From: Oleiphilus messinensis
GTDB lineage: Bacteria > Pseudomonadota > Gammaproteobacteria > Pseudomonadales > Oleiphilaceae
DNA length: 64,000 nt
Assembly: GCF_002162375.1 (NCBI RefSeq)
Contig: NZ_CP021425.1
Span: forward strand, 5,953,276 to 6,017,275
Direction of reading: 5' to 3'
Positions 40,106 to 49,020 of the stretch are shown here, piece by piece. Both the position numbers and the translations under genes were made by a program. Within the stretch, counting starts at the first letter, position 1; every line of letters starts with the position of its first letter. The notes beneath the pieces are model-generated. The model saw nothing but the letters and a program-made list of their open reading frames with translations. It made no database searches and was not told where the DNA came from.

Positions 40106-40330
40106 AACTTTTATTTGTCCGCTGTGGATGATTTGTTACGGCACCCAACCGACACCCCAGCATAGGCTTGATTCTATGTAAATCCAACAACCGCATCGTG
40201 GCCGAGTATGCCTTGCGGGATGTGAACAAGCCGGTGGGTTGGCCACCTATTTGACTGAGGCCTTGCCGGATATTGAGTTGTTGGAGGCCACGCTGGCGAA
40301 GACTGATAAACCGAAAGAGACATAAGTGCC
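40100..40330 (+). repeat. direct repeat copy 2 (isolated 3' end of DUF1016 gene)
   Basis: See copy 1; encodes ...NRIVAEYALRDVNKPVG...LTEALPDIELLEATLAKTDKPKET* with a frameshift. Confidence 0.75.
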
Positions 40331-40403
40331 TGTCCCCATTGTCTTGCGTCAAGAATTATGTTGATGCGTTTTACGCATTACGTTACATTCGCTATAAATA
40401 CTT

Positions 40404-40601
40404 ATGTCAAGGCGTACTCCGAACATAGGCATGCACATACCACTTATTGAGAAGCTGATACAACTCAGCGATATTCTGGGAGTTTCGCTGGATTATCTGG
40501 TAACCGGCAACAAACCAACGGCTAAGGAGGTTATTCGCTATGACGATTCCAGAGCAAAACGCGCAGTCCTTGTTGGAGAAGATTCAATCATTACCGCTTG
40601 A
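40404..40601 (+). CDS. XRE-type HTH C-terminal fragment (truncated regulator/antitoxin)
   Basis: IQLSDILGVSLDYLVTG resembles last helices of XRE HTH; no N-terminal half. Confidence 0.3.
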   Translation: MSRRTPNIGMHIPLIEKLIQLSDILGVSLDYLVTGNKPTAKEVIRYDDSRAKRAVLVGEDSIITA

Positions 40602-40767
40602 TCGTATCGCAGAAGAGGAAGACTTCGTGGATTTTTTAAAGGAACGGGCCAAGTCGCACACAACCACCCATCAAGACGTATTGGATTTTCCAGTGGACGA
40701 CCTCGGCCCCTGGCCGGAGGGATTGAGCTTACGCAGAGAAGATATGTATGGCGATGACGGACGTTAA
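40540..40767 (+). CDS. putative antitoxin-like small acidic protein
   Basis: 75 aa; immediately precedes PIN remnant; weak. Confidence 0.3.
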   Translation: MTIPEQNAQSLLEKIQSLPLDRIAEEEDFVDFLKERAKSHTTTHQDVLDFPVDDLGPWPEGLSLRREDMYGDDGR

Positions 40768-40897
40768 ACCGCTATTCATAGATACCAACATCGTCGCCAC
40801 CATGCTGGCTTATGGTATTCCCTCTGTGCTGACGCACAACAGTGCGGATTTTAAACGCTTCGAGTCCATCATTAAAATTGAGGGAATTGGCCCATAA
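40748..40897 (+). pseudogene. vapC (PIN-domain toxin) remnant with internal deletion
   Basis: MAMTDVKPLFIDTNIV (PIN motif 1) joined directly to SVLTHNSADFKRFESI (PIN C-terminal motif); only 49 codons. Confidence 0.45.
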
Positions 40898-41029
40898 CAC
40901 AAAGCCCAGCCAAGTGCTGGGCTTTTCAAACAGCGGTGTAGCAATTACATAAGCAGGATAGTAACAGGCAGTATCGGGAGTCAGCCAAATTAAACCATTC
41001 GACTCGTTCACTATTTCCAAGAGATCGGG

Positions 41030-41491
41030 TCAAGCTTGCGCACGCTTGCATTGATCACAAATGCAGTCCAGTTCCAGCTGGGAGTTCAGGAGATGGTAAC
41101 CTGCTTCTTCAACGTTAACCTGAAGTGTCTTCACGATCTCACTGGAAATGGCAATTTCCTTTACGCGCCGACATTGACGACAAATCAGGAATTGCGGTAC
41201 TTGATGATCATGGCGACAGAGTATGTGGGAACAAGCGACAAACTTGTTCTCCGAAGAGAGTTTGTGCACTAACTGCTCGGAAATGAGAAAATCGAGAATA
41301 CGATAAGCGGACATGGGCGGCATTGACTTCTCCGCATTCGCATTATAGCGATCTACAATTTCGTATGCGGAAAGCGGGCCCTGTGTATCAACCAGTATTG
41401 ACAATATTTGCGCACGCTTCTCAGTCAGTCGACTACCACTCTTCGTGCATTTTTCAGCTGCACGTTTGATTACTTCTTGGGTGTGCTCCAT
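41030..41491 (-). CDS. zur: Fur-family regulator, Zur-like
   Basis: 153 aa; HHxxH region and two CxxC pairs (CRQCRR, CDQCKR); adjacent to znu genes. Confidence 0.8.
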   Translation of the reverse strand: MEHTQEVIKRAAEKCTKSGSRLTEKRAQILSILVDTQGPLSAYEIVDRYNANAEKSMPPMSAYRILDFLISEQLVHKLSSENKFVACSHILCRHDHQVPQFLICRQCRRVKEIAISSEIVKTLQVNVEEAGYHLLNSQLELDCICDQCKRAQA

Positions 41492-41549
41492 CGTTTTGTT
41501 TCACTTTGTTCTCAGGATTCTGAGCGCTATTGTAGCAACCTTTACGCAA

Positions 41550-42332
41550 TCACACAGTCCCTGATAAAAATTGACTTCGATTGCGCTGGTTTTGCAGCAA
41601 TAGCGTTACACTCACGCTGATCAGCACGATAGCGACCACAACTACCGCACCAGCCGGCCAGTCGAAGATTGCAGACCCGCACAGCCCGGCAACATGGCCG
41701 GTAAAACTGACAACAATCGCCAAGGCGGTCCGGGATCCGCGCAGATGACATAACAACAGCGGGGCAACAATCAGGGTTGCAAACACGACGTAAATACCCG
41801 CCAAATCCACGGCCAGTGTCACCACCAAAGCAAATAGCGGCAAAAACAGTTTAGCGCGCAATTGCGGAACACCAATGCCACACCATAGCAGCACCAGAAC
41901 TGCGGAGAGTACAAGGGGGATAAGATGTTGTTTGGAAGTCCACAGCAAATCACCGTTCATCGCCGTTGCTAACAGTTGTGCGCCGTGAGGATCCTGACTG
42001 ACCACCAGCGTTGACAGGCTGGCAGCAAACACGTAGAGAATACCGATCATGGCTTCCCGGTATGCGGGCACCGCTCGTACAATTATTTTGATGCCGAAGG
42101 CACAAATCAGGGCGGAAAGCAGCCCAAGCACGGGCAGTGGCTGAATAAGCGACAGCCAGTGGGCAGACCATTGGCTTTGCACAATTACACCTAACGCTGC
42201 CCACTGTGCGATAGCGATGTCAGCAAACACCACACCGCGCGTTAATACCTGTCGTCCGAGTGGTACCAATGCAATACACAACAACAAACTGGCGGTGCAA
42301 GGCAGCCAGAGCCAGAGCATTGTCGTAATCAT
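41550..42332 (-). CDS. znuB: metal (zinc) ABC transporter permease, ZnuB-like
   Basis: 260 aa, about 8 TM, ABC-3 family profile. Confidence 0.75.
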   Translation of the reverse strand: MITTMLWLWLPCTASLLLCIALVPLGRQVLTRGVVFADIAIAQWAALGVIVQSQWSAHWLSLIQPLPVLGLLSALICAFGIKIIVRAVPAYREAMIGILYVFAASLSTLVVSQDPHGAQLLATAMNGDLLWTSKQHLIPLVLSAVLVLLWCGIGVPQLRAKLFLPLFALVVTLAVDLAGIYVVFATLIVAPLLLCHLRGSRTALAIVVSFTGHVAGLCGSAIFDWPAGAVVVVAIVLISVSVTLLLQNQRNRSQFLSGTV

Positions 42333-43273
42333 CTGCTGTCTTGCTCTCTCGCCTTGAACAGCTGTTCAACAATAACCGTGATCAGCTCATCCAACTGGTC
42401 TGTATCCGCTTGTGTTGTGACTGTACCGGGTACCACCGTCACCGCAATGCCAGCCCGAGACGACAACCATTGCGCAGGCTGCGGATCCTGATGTTGCGCA
42501 ATAAGAATGGTTGCGGTGGTGCTCAGATTCGGACTCTCCAGAAGCTGATTCAAATGGCGAACACTGGGCGGCAATCCGGGCTTCGGCTCCAGGTCGATTG
42601 CGACCTTCACTCCCAAATAGTGCAACAAATAATGGAATGCAGAGTGCTGCACAACAACCGACATTCCGGCCAGCTTGCTACGGGCCTGTTTCCATCGGAT
42701 TTGCGCCTTGTTCCAACGAACTTTCCATTGCAGATGACGCAGGGCAATACGATTCGCCTCTTCGGGCTGCAACGAAACCAGACGATCAACAAGCCCTTGC
42801 ATAATGGCCGGAATTGAATCGGGATCCAGCTGGATATGGGGATTCCCCTCCGGGTGAACGTCTCCCATACTGCGATCAACATGGTCATGGGGTTGATGCA
42901 ATTCCGCCAATTTCGCGGCATAGAAAACCCCGGTTTCCGGATGATTTAACTGCGGATTTGCCGCACTGGCCAGAAGCGCAGGTAACCATCCGACCTCCAG
43001 AGATGCACCGGTGCAAATCACAAAATCCGCCCGGTTCATCGCGGCGATCAAACTGGGTCGCGCCTCGATGTAGTGGGGATCCTGCCAGGCGTTGGTTGCC
43101 ACGGTAATATCGGCCTCCGGCAATAGCACCTTTACCAGAGAGGCCCATTCCGGTTCACAAGCAAATACCGATAAGGCCCCATAGCTCAGAGAACTGAGGC
43201 TGAAACAGCCAAAGAGGAGGAGTGCTCGCAATGTCGTCAGCAACTTAAAATTCATGGGCACCATGATCTCCAA
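42329..43273 (-). CDS. metal ABC transporter substrate-binding protein, ZnuA-like
   Basis: Signal peptide; DPHYIEARPS and ADFVICTGASLEVGWL match ZnuA/TroA cluster-9 SBP motifs; start probably downstream Met (overlaps upstream gene). Confidence 0.6.
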   Translation of the reverse strand: MEIMVPMNFKLLTTLRALLLFGCFSLSSLSYGALSVFACEPEWASLVKVLLPEADITVATNAWQDPHYIEARPSLIAAMNRADFVICTGASLEVGWLPALLASAANPQLNHPETGVFYAAKLAELHQPHDHVDRSMGDVHPEGNPHIQLDPDSIPAIMQGLVDRLVSLQPEEANRIALRHLQWKVRWNKAQIRWKQARSKLAGMSVVVQHSAFHYLLHYLGVKVAIDLEPKPGLPPSVRHLNQLLESPNLSTTATILIAQHQDPQPAQWLSSRAGIAVTVVPGTVTTQADTDQLDELITVIVEQLFKAREQDSR

Positions 43274-44417
43274 AGCTCATCACATATTGCAAAACCAGTG
43301 TATCGTCCGTGTTCTCAAAGCCTTCTCCGTCCTGATGACTAAACTGCAAGCGCAGTGTAGAAAAGTGCGAATGCTGATAAGCCACCATGAAGTCTGCCTC
43401 TTCCAGTGCTTGATCATGGAAATGGTCACCATGGGGCTGACTGACATCCAGTTCACCGTAGCGGGCTCCGATTGACCATTGGGGTGTAAAGCGATAGACC
43501 GCGGAGGCATACCAACCTTCATGAATATCATCGTCCGAGGCATATTCATTAGGATCTGTCGCCCGGATATACTCACCACTAATTACAACCTGCTGCTGGC
43601 GAACGTTCCCTTCAGGAGACCATTTCCACACCAGATCCACCCCGTAGGTGTGTTTTCCGGTATAGGCAATACTGTGGGAATGTCCGGCATGATCGTGATC
43701 CCCATGCGCTTGATCAGTATGGTCATGCCCGGAGTGATCGGCGCCTGCCTCATCCGGCACTGCAGTTTGTCGATTGTGCAAATAGCTCACGCCCAATTGC
43801 CAGCTCGATCCCACGGAAAGGTCACCACCCCACTCACTGCGGGCGGTGAATACCCCCACGTCCTCATTGCCTTCACTCAGCCGGTCACCATTTAACGCTT
43901 CCACCCCCACCTGCCAGTACAGCGGGGTCGGTAACAGCAGATTCAACTGCACACCATCATCGTAATAGTGGCTGCCAAACAATGCCCGGTATACCGCGGG
44001 TCGACTGGAAAAATGATCACTGTGGGTGTGGCGACTATTCAGATACCCGAATTGAGAAAGAAAACGCCCTCCCCGTGCGGTGAGGTTGTACGAAAGCCCA
44101 ACGGTTTGTACAAAGGCCTCCTCAAGATTCACTTCCGTTTCACCTTCGTGATCTTCCAACACCGTCGTTAACCGACCCACAAATAAGTCATCAACAGGGG
44201 CCGAGAGCGTCAACTCATTATGGCCCACTGCAAAACCGGACTCGCTATGCCCGAGCGCCCCTTCATTTTGCTGGTACCGCCCATCTAACACGACACTGAT
44301 ATTCGGGTTAAATTCAGTGGCGGACAGTTCACCCACACAGATCAGCACCGAAACGGCACCAATCAGTGTGGTCCGCGCAACCCGGACGGTGCGCGGCGCA
44401 TTCCTTTGAAATATCAT
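43245..44417 (-). CDS. His-rich outer-membrane beta-barrel protein (putative Zur-regulated porin)
   Basis: Signal peptide, HSGHDHTDQAHGDHDHAGHSHS tract, C-terminal aromatic terminus (AHEF). Confidence 0.5.
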   Translation of the reverse strand: MIFQRNAPRTVRVARTTLIGAVSVLICVGELSATEFNPNISVVLDGRYQQNEGALGHSESGFAVGHNELTLSAPVDDLFVGRLTTVLEDHEGETEVNLEEAFVQTVGLSYNLTARGGRFLSQFGYLNSRHTHSDHFSSRPAVYRALFGSHYYDDGVQLNLLLPTPLYWQVGVEALNGDRLSEGNEDVGVFTARSEWGGDLSVGSSWQLGVSYLHNRQTAVPDEAGADHSGHDHTDQAHGDHDHAGHSHSIAYTGKHTYGVDLVWKWSPEGNVRQQQVVISGEYIRATDPNEYASDDDIHEGWYASAVYRFTPQWSIGARYGELDVSQPHGDHFHDQALEEADFMVAYQHSHFSTLRLQFSHQDGEGFENTDDTLVLQYVMSFGDHGAHEF

Positions 44418-44426
44418 GACTCGCTC

Positions 44427-45755
44427 CTAATCGTGACTGTGATCGTCACCCTGTTCATGATCTTCGATGCCCATCCAGGCCAGTCCTTGAGCAGAGAAGT
44501 CCAGTGCAAAACGTTGATGCACAGACAATTCATGAGTATCAATCACCACGACCTCCTGCTTGGCAGGGTCGAGTAAAATCAGCGTCTCATTATGATTGGA
44601 AGCCACTACACTGGGTGCCACAGCTTCGGCTGTGAGCGGATCAATCACCTGTAACTGGCCCACTTCCTGCCAGTCACTTTGGGGATCAAACAAACGCAAA
44701 ATACCGTCGTCACCAAGGATGTAAAAACGTTCACCTTCTTTCGCGAACCCTTGCGCTACAGAAGAAACACCCTCCGCTAAAGACAACAGTGGATAGTTGT
44801 CATCCGAAGCACTTGGTGACACCACAAAAAACTGATTACCGGCTCGACCAATCAAATCGGCCACATCATGATGACCATAGACCGTTCCAATTCGGGAATC
44901 CGCTTCAAGTTCAGCAGGGTTTGGTCGCTTTGAGGCAGGTAATTCCGGTTGGGTCAGATCAACCACTAACAGCCCATCACTGCAGCCAAATGCCAGCATG
45001 GATTCATTGTAACCCGCCCCGTGCAACCGAGGGCATGCAGTATCATAACGGGTTTCGAGTTGCAGGTTACCGTCATTAAAAGCGTAACGTTCAACTTCAG
45101 CGGGCAGGGTTGTATCTGTGATCGCTGCATCGCGATAGGTTACATAAACTTTGTCATCGATCAGCTTGGCGACACCATGCATCCGGTTTTCCAGCCCCAT
45201 CGAGGCCAATTCCTGGCCTACGTTCAAGCTTGAATCACTGAATATCGATATTGAAGCCTGGGCGTTATCCGAGCCATCAAAGAAGATAATAGCAACATTG
45301 CCCTGGCCAGATTCATTCACCGTGTAATGGGTCGGCTTGCTGGCACTTAAAAACAGGCTCTGGAGCTGAGGCGTTTCTGCGTAATCATGTAAATGATCGC
45401 CGTGATCCTCAGTATACAACCCCCCGTCGATAAAGCTGACCCGGTCCTCATCCCGCTGAATAACCACGCTGTAGCGATAATCCGGGCTGCTGTAGAGTCT
45501 GGGTGTGGAGCCTGGCAAAGCAACAGAGTGAAGGGTCTGACCATTATCCAGACTCAGCACTTTGACGGCTTGAGCCTCAGCATCATAAACGGCAATCCTG
45601 CCCTCACTCTCAATATGAGTATCGGTATGTGTTGTTTCTGATTTATCGTCGTCTCCTCCACAACCCGCCAGTGTCATAACGGTCATTACAGTGAAGGCAC
45701 CTATCCAGCGCGGTTTATTCTTTCCTGAACTGTCGAATCGAGGCGATACTATCAT
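44427..45755 (-). CDS. lipoprotein with beta-propeller-like repeats and His-rich motifs (HGDHLHDY, EQGDDHSHD)
   Basis: Lipobox LAGC; His/Asp clusters suggest metal binding. Confidence 0.45.
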   Translation of the reverse strand: MIVSPRFDSSGKNKPRWIGAFTVMTVMTLAGCGGDDDKSETTHTDTHIESEGRIAVYDAEAQAVKVLSLDNGQTLHSVALPGSTPRLYSSPDYRYSVVIQRDEDRVSFIDGGLYTEDHGDHLHDYAETPQLQSLFLSASKPTHYTVNESGQGNVAIIFFDGSDNAQASISIFSDSSLNVGQELASMGLENRMHGVAKLIDDKVYVTYRDAAITDTTLPAEVERYAFNDGNLQLETRYDTACPRLHGAGYNESMLAFGCSDGLLVVDLTQPELPASKRPNPAELEADSRIGTVYGHHDVADLIGRAGNQFFVVSPSASDDNYPLLSLAEGVSSVAQGFAKEGERFYILGDDGILRLFDPQSDWQEVGQLQVIDPLTAEAVAPSVVASNHNETLILLDPAKQEVVVIDTHELSVHQRFALDFSAQGLAWMGIEDHEQGDDHSHD

Positions 45756-45816
45756 TAATAAAACTCCATATAAGATACGTTACACTATATCATTTGTTAC
45801 TTAAATTACGGTCCGA

Positions 45817-46551
45817 CTAAAGCCAGTCGAGACCTAAAATCAGTCGCGTGTCTTCAGTAGAAGCAGGAGGAGAGCGGTGAACAATGCCATGGGCTTCATT
45901 GCCTATCCAGGCAGACCCTTTCAAAAGAGCTACCGAACCTGTAGGAACCGATTGAATCTGTGCCGGGCTCGTAATTTGCTCCGGCAGGCGAGCATCAGGC
46001 TCATCCGGACGAACCACACTGGACTCTTCGAGCCATTGCGTACCCAATCCTCCATAGGTACAAAGCAAGCGCACAGGGACACGATCAACATGAAAGCGTG
46101 GACACATCGCACGATCCACAATATGCAGCCGAAGACCAACCATCTTCGGCTCAAACAGGCAGCAGTACATATCCATCAGCAAGGTGATGTCATCCAGCCA
46201 GGCTTGGAACCCGTGTAATGAAACAAATTCAGTTGGCAGGCCACTTGAAACCTGCAACGCCATGTCCTCGGGGCGGGTTACAGATAAATATTGCATCGTA
46301 GAGTATTCCGTACGAAGACCTAACAAATCGGTCACAAACCGGGAGATCTCGGCATCCAGATTTCTGTGCCAAACGGCTAAATTCACATGATCTCGCAAAA
46401 TAGATGTGAGGCATTCCGGTTCATTTGCTTCAACTGCTCTGGAGGCAGCGAACGATTGTGAAACTTCAGGTTGTATTGCAATACTCGCCTTCACAAGATA
46501 CTCCTTACATTCAGAGGTCATCGAGAGAGGTAAAATATTATGATACATCAT
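45817..46551 (-). CDS. hypothetical protein (possibly DUF1826-like)
   Basis: 244-aa ORF, weak recollection only. Confidence 0.3.
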   Translation of the reverse strand: MMYHNILPLSMTSECKEYLVKASIAIQPEVSQSFAASRAVEANEPECLTSILRDHVNLAVWHRNLDAEISRFVTDLLGLRTEYSTMQYLSVTRPEDMALQVSSGLPTEFVSLHGFQAWLDDITLLMDMYCCLFEPKMVGLRLHIVDRAMCPRFHVDRVPVRLLCTYGGLGTQWLEESSVVRPDEPDARLPEQITSPAQIQSVPTGSVALLKGSAWIGNEAHGIVHRSPPASTEDTRLILGLDWL

Positions 46552-46782
46552 ATCTTTTGTAAAGACATAAAATAATAATCTCTACATACGGCCTGAGGGT
46601 CAGTCCAGATTCGCCATCTCGACCAATCTTGATACTGTGCCGGAAATTGGTGGGAAGAGCGGGCGATTGCCCGCGATGGATAACGGGCTAATTTTCTCAT
46701 TTATTGCACATTTTTTCCCTATTTAATGCAAATGAAGCCTGCATACTTTTTACGGTACAACTCGTATCGGAATCGGCAATAA

Positions 46783-47100
46783 ATGGTGGTAAGGAGAGAA
46801 TTGGTGGACAGCCCAATTGACCTGCGCGCACAGGTTGTTAATAAACCAGCCTATCAATGGTCACCAGTGACAATCTTATTGATGGAACTCTATGATTTTA
46901 TCGAAAAGTTCCATTTTATGGATCGGAAAAGCCAGTGGCATTGGGCTGTTGCGTACAAAATCAAGCAAATCATACGACGCCTTGCGAATATGGAGTCTGT
47001 TCGCATTCATGATATCCAGACAATACGAATCATCGTGCTCGAAAGCGCACCCGCTCATCTGCATGATGTCGATGCCGCGTTTGAACGCTATTTTCAGTGA
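46783..47100 (+). CDS. hypothetical protein
   Basis: 105-aa ORF. Confidence 0.3.
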   Translation: MVVRRELVDSPIDLRAQVVNKPAYQWSPVTILLMELYDFIEKFHFMDRKSQWHWAVAYKIKQIIRRLANMESVRIHDIQTIRIIVLESAPAHLHDVDAAFERYFQ

Positions 47101-47117
47101 AATGAAATCCAGTCGCC

Positions 47118-47903
47118 TCAGGAATTGCCTTGATAAACCACCGCGCTTTCAGCCTGAAAACCACCGCGTCCGGACTCGACCCGGTCAAACTCAATCACGG
47201 CGTTACTGGAGGCCAGCGTCGAAAAGCGGTCGTTGGTGATATTGACCCCATCTTCGGTCAATTGGGAAATATGGCAGAAAATGCCGGACTCAATATCCGT
47301 CACGTGATAACCCGTTCGAATCGACAGGAACCCGTAACCTTTTTCATCATTAACATAGTCCAGTACACCGCGCACTCTGCGCTTTTGCGCGTTATGTTTG
47401 ATCGGCAACAGTTTTGGAATAATGGCACCGGGGAAGTAATAGTCCACCTCCCGACGCAGGTCGCCGCTGACATTGTTAAACGCAATCGCATCAACCCGTT
47501 TGCCTTTATTCTGCAGCGCCCGGACCAAACGTAAAAAGTCACCGTCCCCGCTGCCGATCATAATGTAATCCAGATTCTCGGCTTGCAACAGCGCATCCAC
47601 CGCCATATCCAGATCTGCATTCGCTTTCACCGTCTCGGTACCATCGGAGTTACGGTAGCGTTTGATTTCCTTTTCAACGATATGAAAACCGGCTAGACGC
47701 ATCTTTTCCCGGCGATTCTGCGCTTTCTCCTTATACTCGTAATCCCGCATTTCCCGACTCGTATCCACCGCTACGTAGGCATTGGCCCGCAATACCGTAG
47801 TCCCCTGAGCCTCCACCAGCTCCTTGATCACCTCATACCGCATCCCCCAGCCACCATTCATATTCAGGTTTTCCATATCCAGAAATATACCAGCTTTCAG
47901 CAT
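47118..47903 (-). CDS. NYN (LabA-like) nuclease domain fused to C-terminal cold-shock domain
   Basis: N-terminal GIFLDMENL...IMIGSGDGDFLRLVRALQNKGKRV (NYN/LabA); C-terminal GVLDYVNDEKGYGFLS (CSD RNP-like). Confidence 0.65.
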   Translation of the reverse strand: MLKAGIFLDMENLNMNGGWGMRYEVIKELVEAQGTTVLRANAYVAVDTSREMRDYEYKEKAQNRREKMRLAGFHIVEKEIKRYRNSDGTETVKANADLDMAVDALLQAENLDYIMIGSGDGDFLRLVRALQNKGKRVDAIAFNNVSGDLRREVDYYFPGAIIPKLLPIKHNAQKRRVRGVLDYVNDEKGYGFLSIRTGYHVTDIESGIFCHISQLTEDGVNITNDRFSTLASSNAVIEFDRVESGRGGFQAESAVVYQGNS

Positions 47904-48112
47904 TTCTTATCCTCTGCGTACAAACACGTACAAATTTTGCGTTGATTTCGGTGAATGAAGCGATGCTCTTGAATCACCAATTCCGAGCCTTTATGCAGCA
48001 TAGCCAAGGTGCCGTATTGAATGCAAACATTGAGAACCCGCGGATAGTTAAACAGATTCCAGCTTTGATTCTATACTCTGTCAATCTCGGTATACTATTT
48101 CAGGCCTCAAAA

Positions 48113-49018
48113 ATGACAAGCATTGAACAGTACAAAGGTTGCTTTTTAGGACTCGCGATGGGCGATGCATTTGCCGCCCCCTTTGAAGGTGGCCCTATCG
48201 AACGACTACTTTGGCGAGCAATCGGGCACACATCGACCGGTGAAAGACGATTTACCGATGACACTCAAATGGCAATTGATTTAACCAAGTCATTTCTCCA
48301 TAACCACAGGATTGACCAAGACCATCTGGCACAGCAATTTGCTCAAAGCTATCGATGGTCAAGGGGCTACGGCCCTTCCACCTCGAACCTGTTAAAACGT
48401 ATCAAAAAGGGTAACTGCTGGCGAGAGATCAACAAAAAAAAGTTTAAAGGCGGATCCTTCGGAAATGGAGCCGCAATGCGAGCGCCAATACTGGCCCTGT
48501 GCTTCCCGCAAGATACTCAACGTCTACTTGAAAGTACTATTAGAAGCGCAGAGATTACCCATGCGCACCCATTAGGCATAGAAGGCGCTAAACTCATCGC
48601 GCTTGTAACACAAAAGGCCTTAGCCAAATCACCGAACGAAACAGTTTTGAAGGAGATGCTTCATCTTTGCGAATCGGAAACGTTCGTCGATAAAACAATG
48701 TATTGTCAGTCTGCACTGAGACAAGCGACACTGGAACCCAGAACCATTCGAATTCATCTCGGAAATGGCATAGCCGCCACAGACTCATGCGTAACCGCCA
48801 TTTACTTCGCGTTGAAATTCCGAGATCTGGATTTTGATATCATGCTCGGTCAAATCATCAAACTAGGTGGTGATACCGATACAATAGGTGCCATGGCTGG
48901 TGCGATTTGGGGGGCATTCAACGGTAGCGCAACACTCGAGCCGAAGATAAGCAAGCTCGAGCGAGGCCAGGATATTATCTCGTATGCTGAGCAGTTATTT
49001 CAGCATCAGAGTCTGTAA
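48113..49018 (+). CDS. ADP-ribosylglycohydrolase family protein
   Basis: YKGCFLGLAMGDAFAAPFEG...FTDDTQMAI...GGDTDTIGAMAGAIWGA motifs; ORF from 47942 but start MTSIEQ at 48113 fits family N-terminus. Confidence 0.65.
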   Translation: MTSIEQYKGCFLGLAMGDAFAAPFEGGPIERLLWRAIGHTSTGERRFTDDTQMAIDLTKSFLHNHRIDQDHLAQQFAQSYRWSRGYGPSTSNLLKRIKKGNCWREINKKKFKGGSFGNGAAMRAPILALCFPQDTQRLLESTIRSAEITHAHPLGIEGAKLIALVTQKALAKSPNETVLKEMLHLCESETFVDKTMYCQSALRQATLEPRTIRIHLGNGIAATDSCVTAIYFALKFRDLDFDIMLGQIIKLGGDTDTIGAMAGAIWGAFNGSATLEPKISKLERGQDIISYAEQLFQHQSL

Positions 49019-49020
49019 TG

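Noticed and set aside
40107-40352. N-terminal 80 codons of ORF 39750..40352
   Set aside because: This part is the antisense of the DUF1016 direct repeat; only the RTX-like C-terminal 118 codons have protein-family character
46540-46580. AT-rich near-palindrome AATATTATGATACATCATATC upstream of 45817..46551, considered as a Zur box
   Set aside because: Not a true palindrome and does not match the GTTATA-N-TATAAC core; left only as something to test by PWM scan
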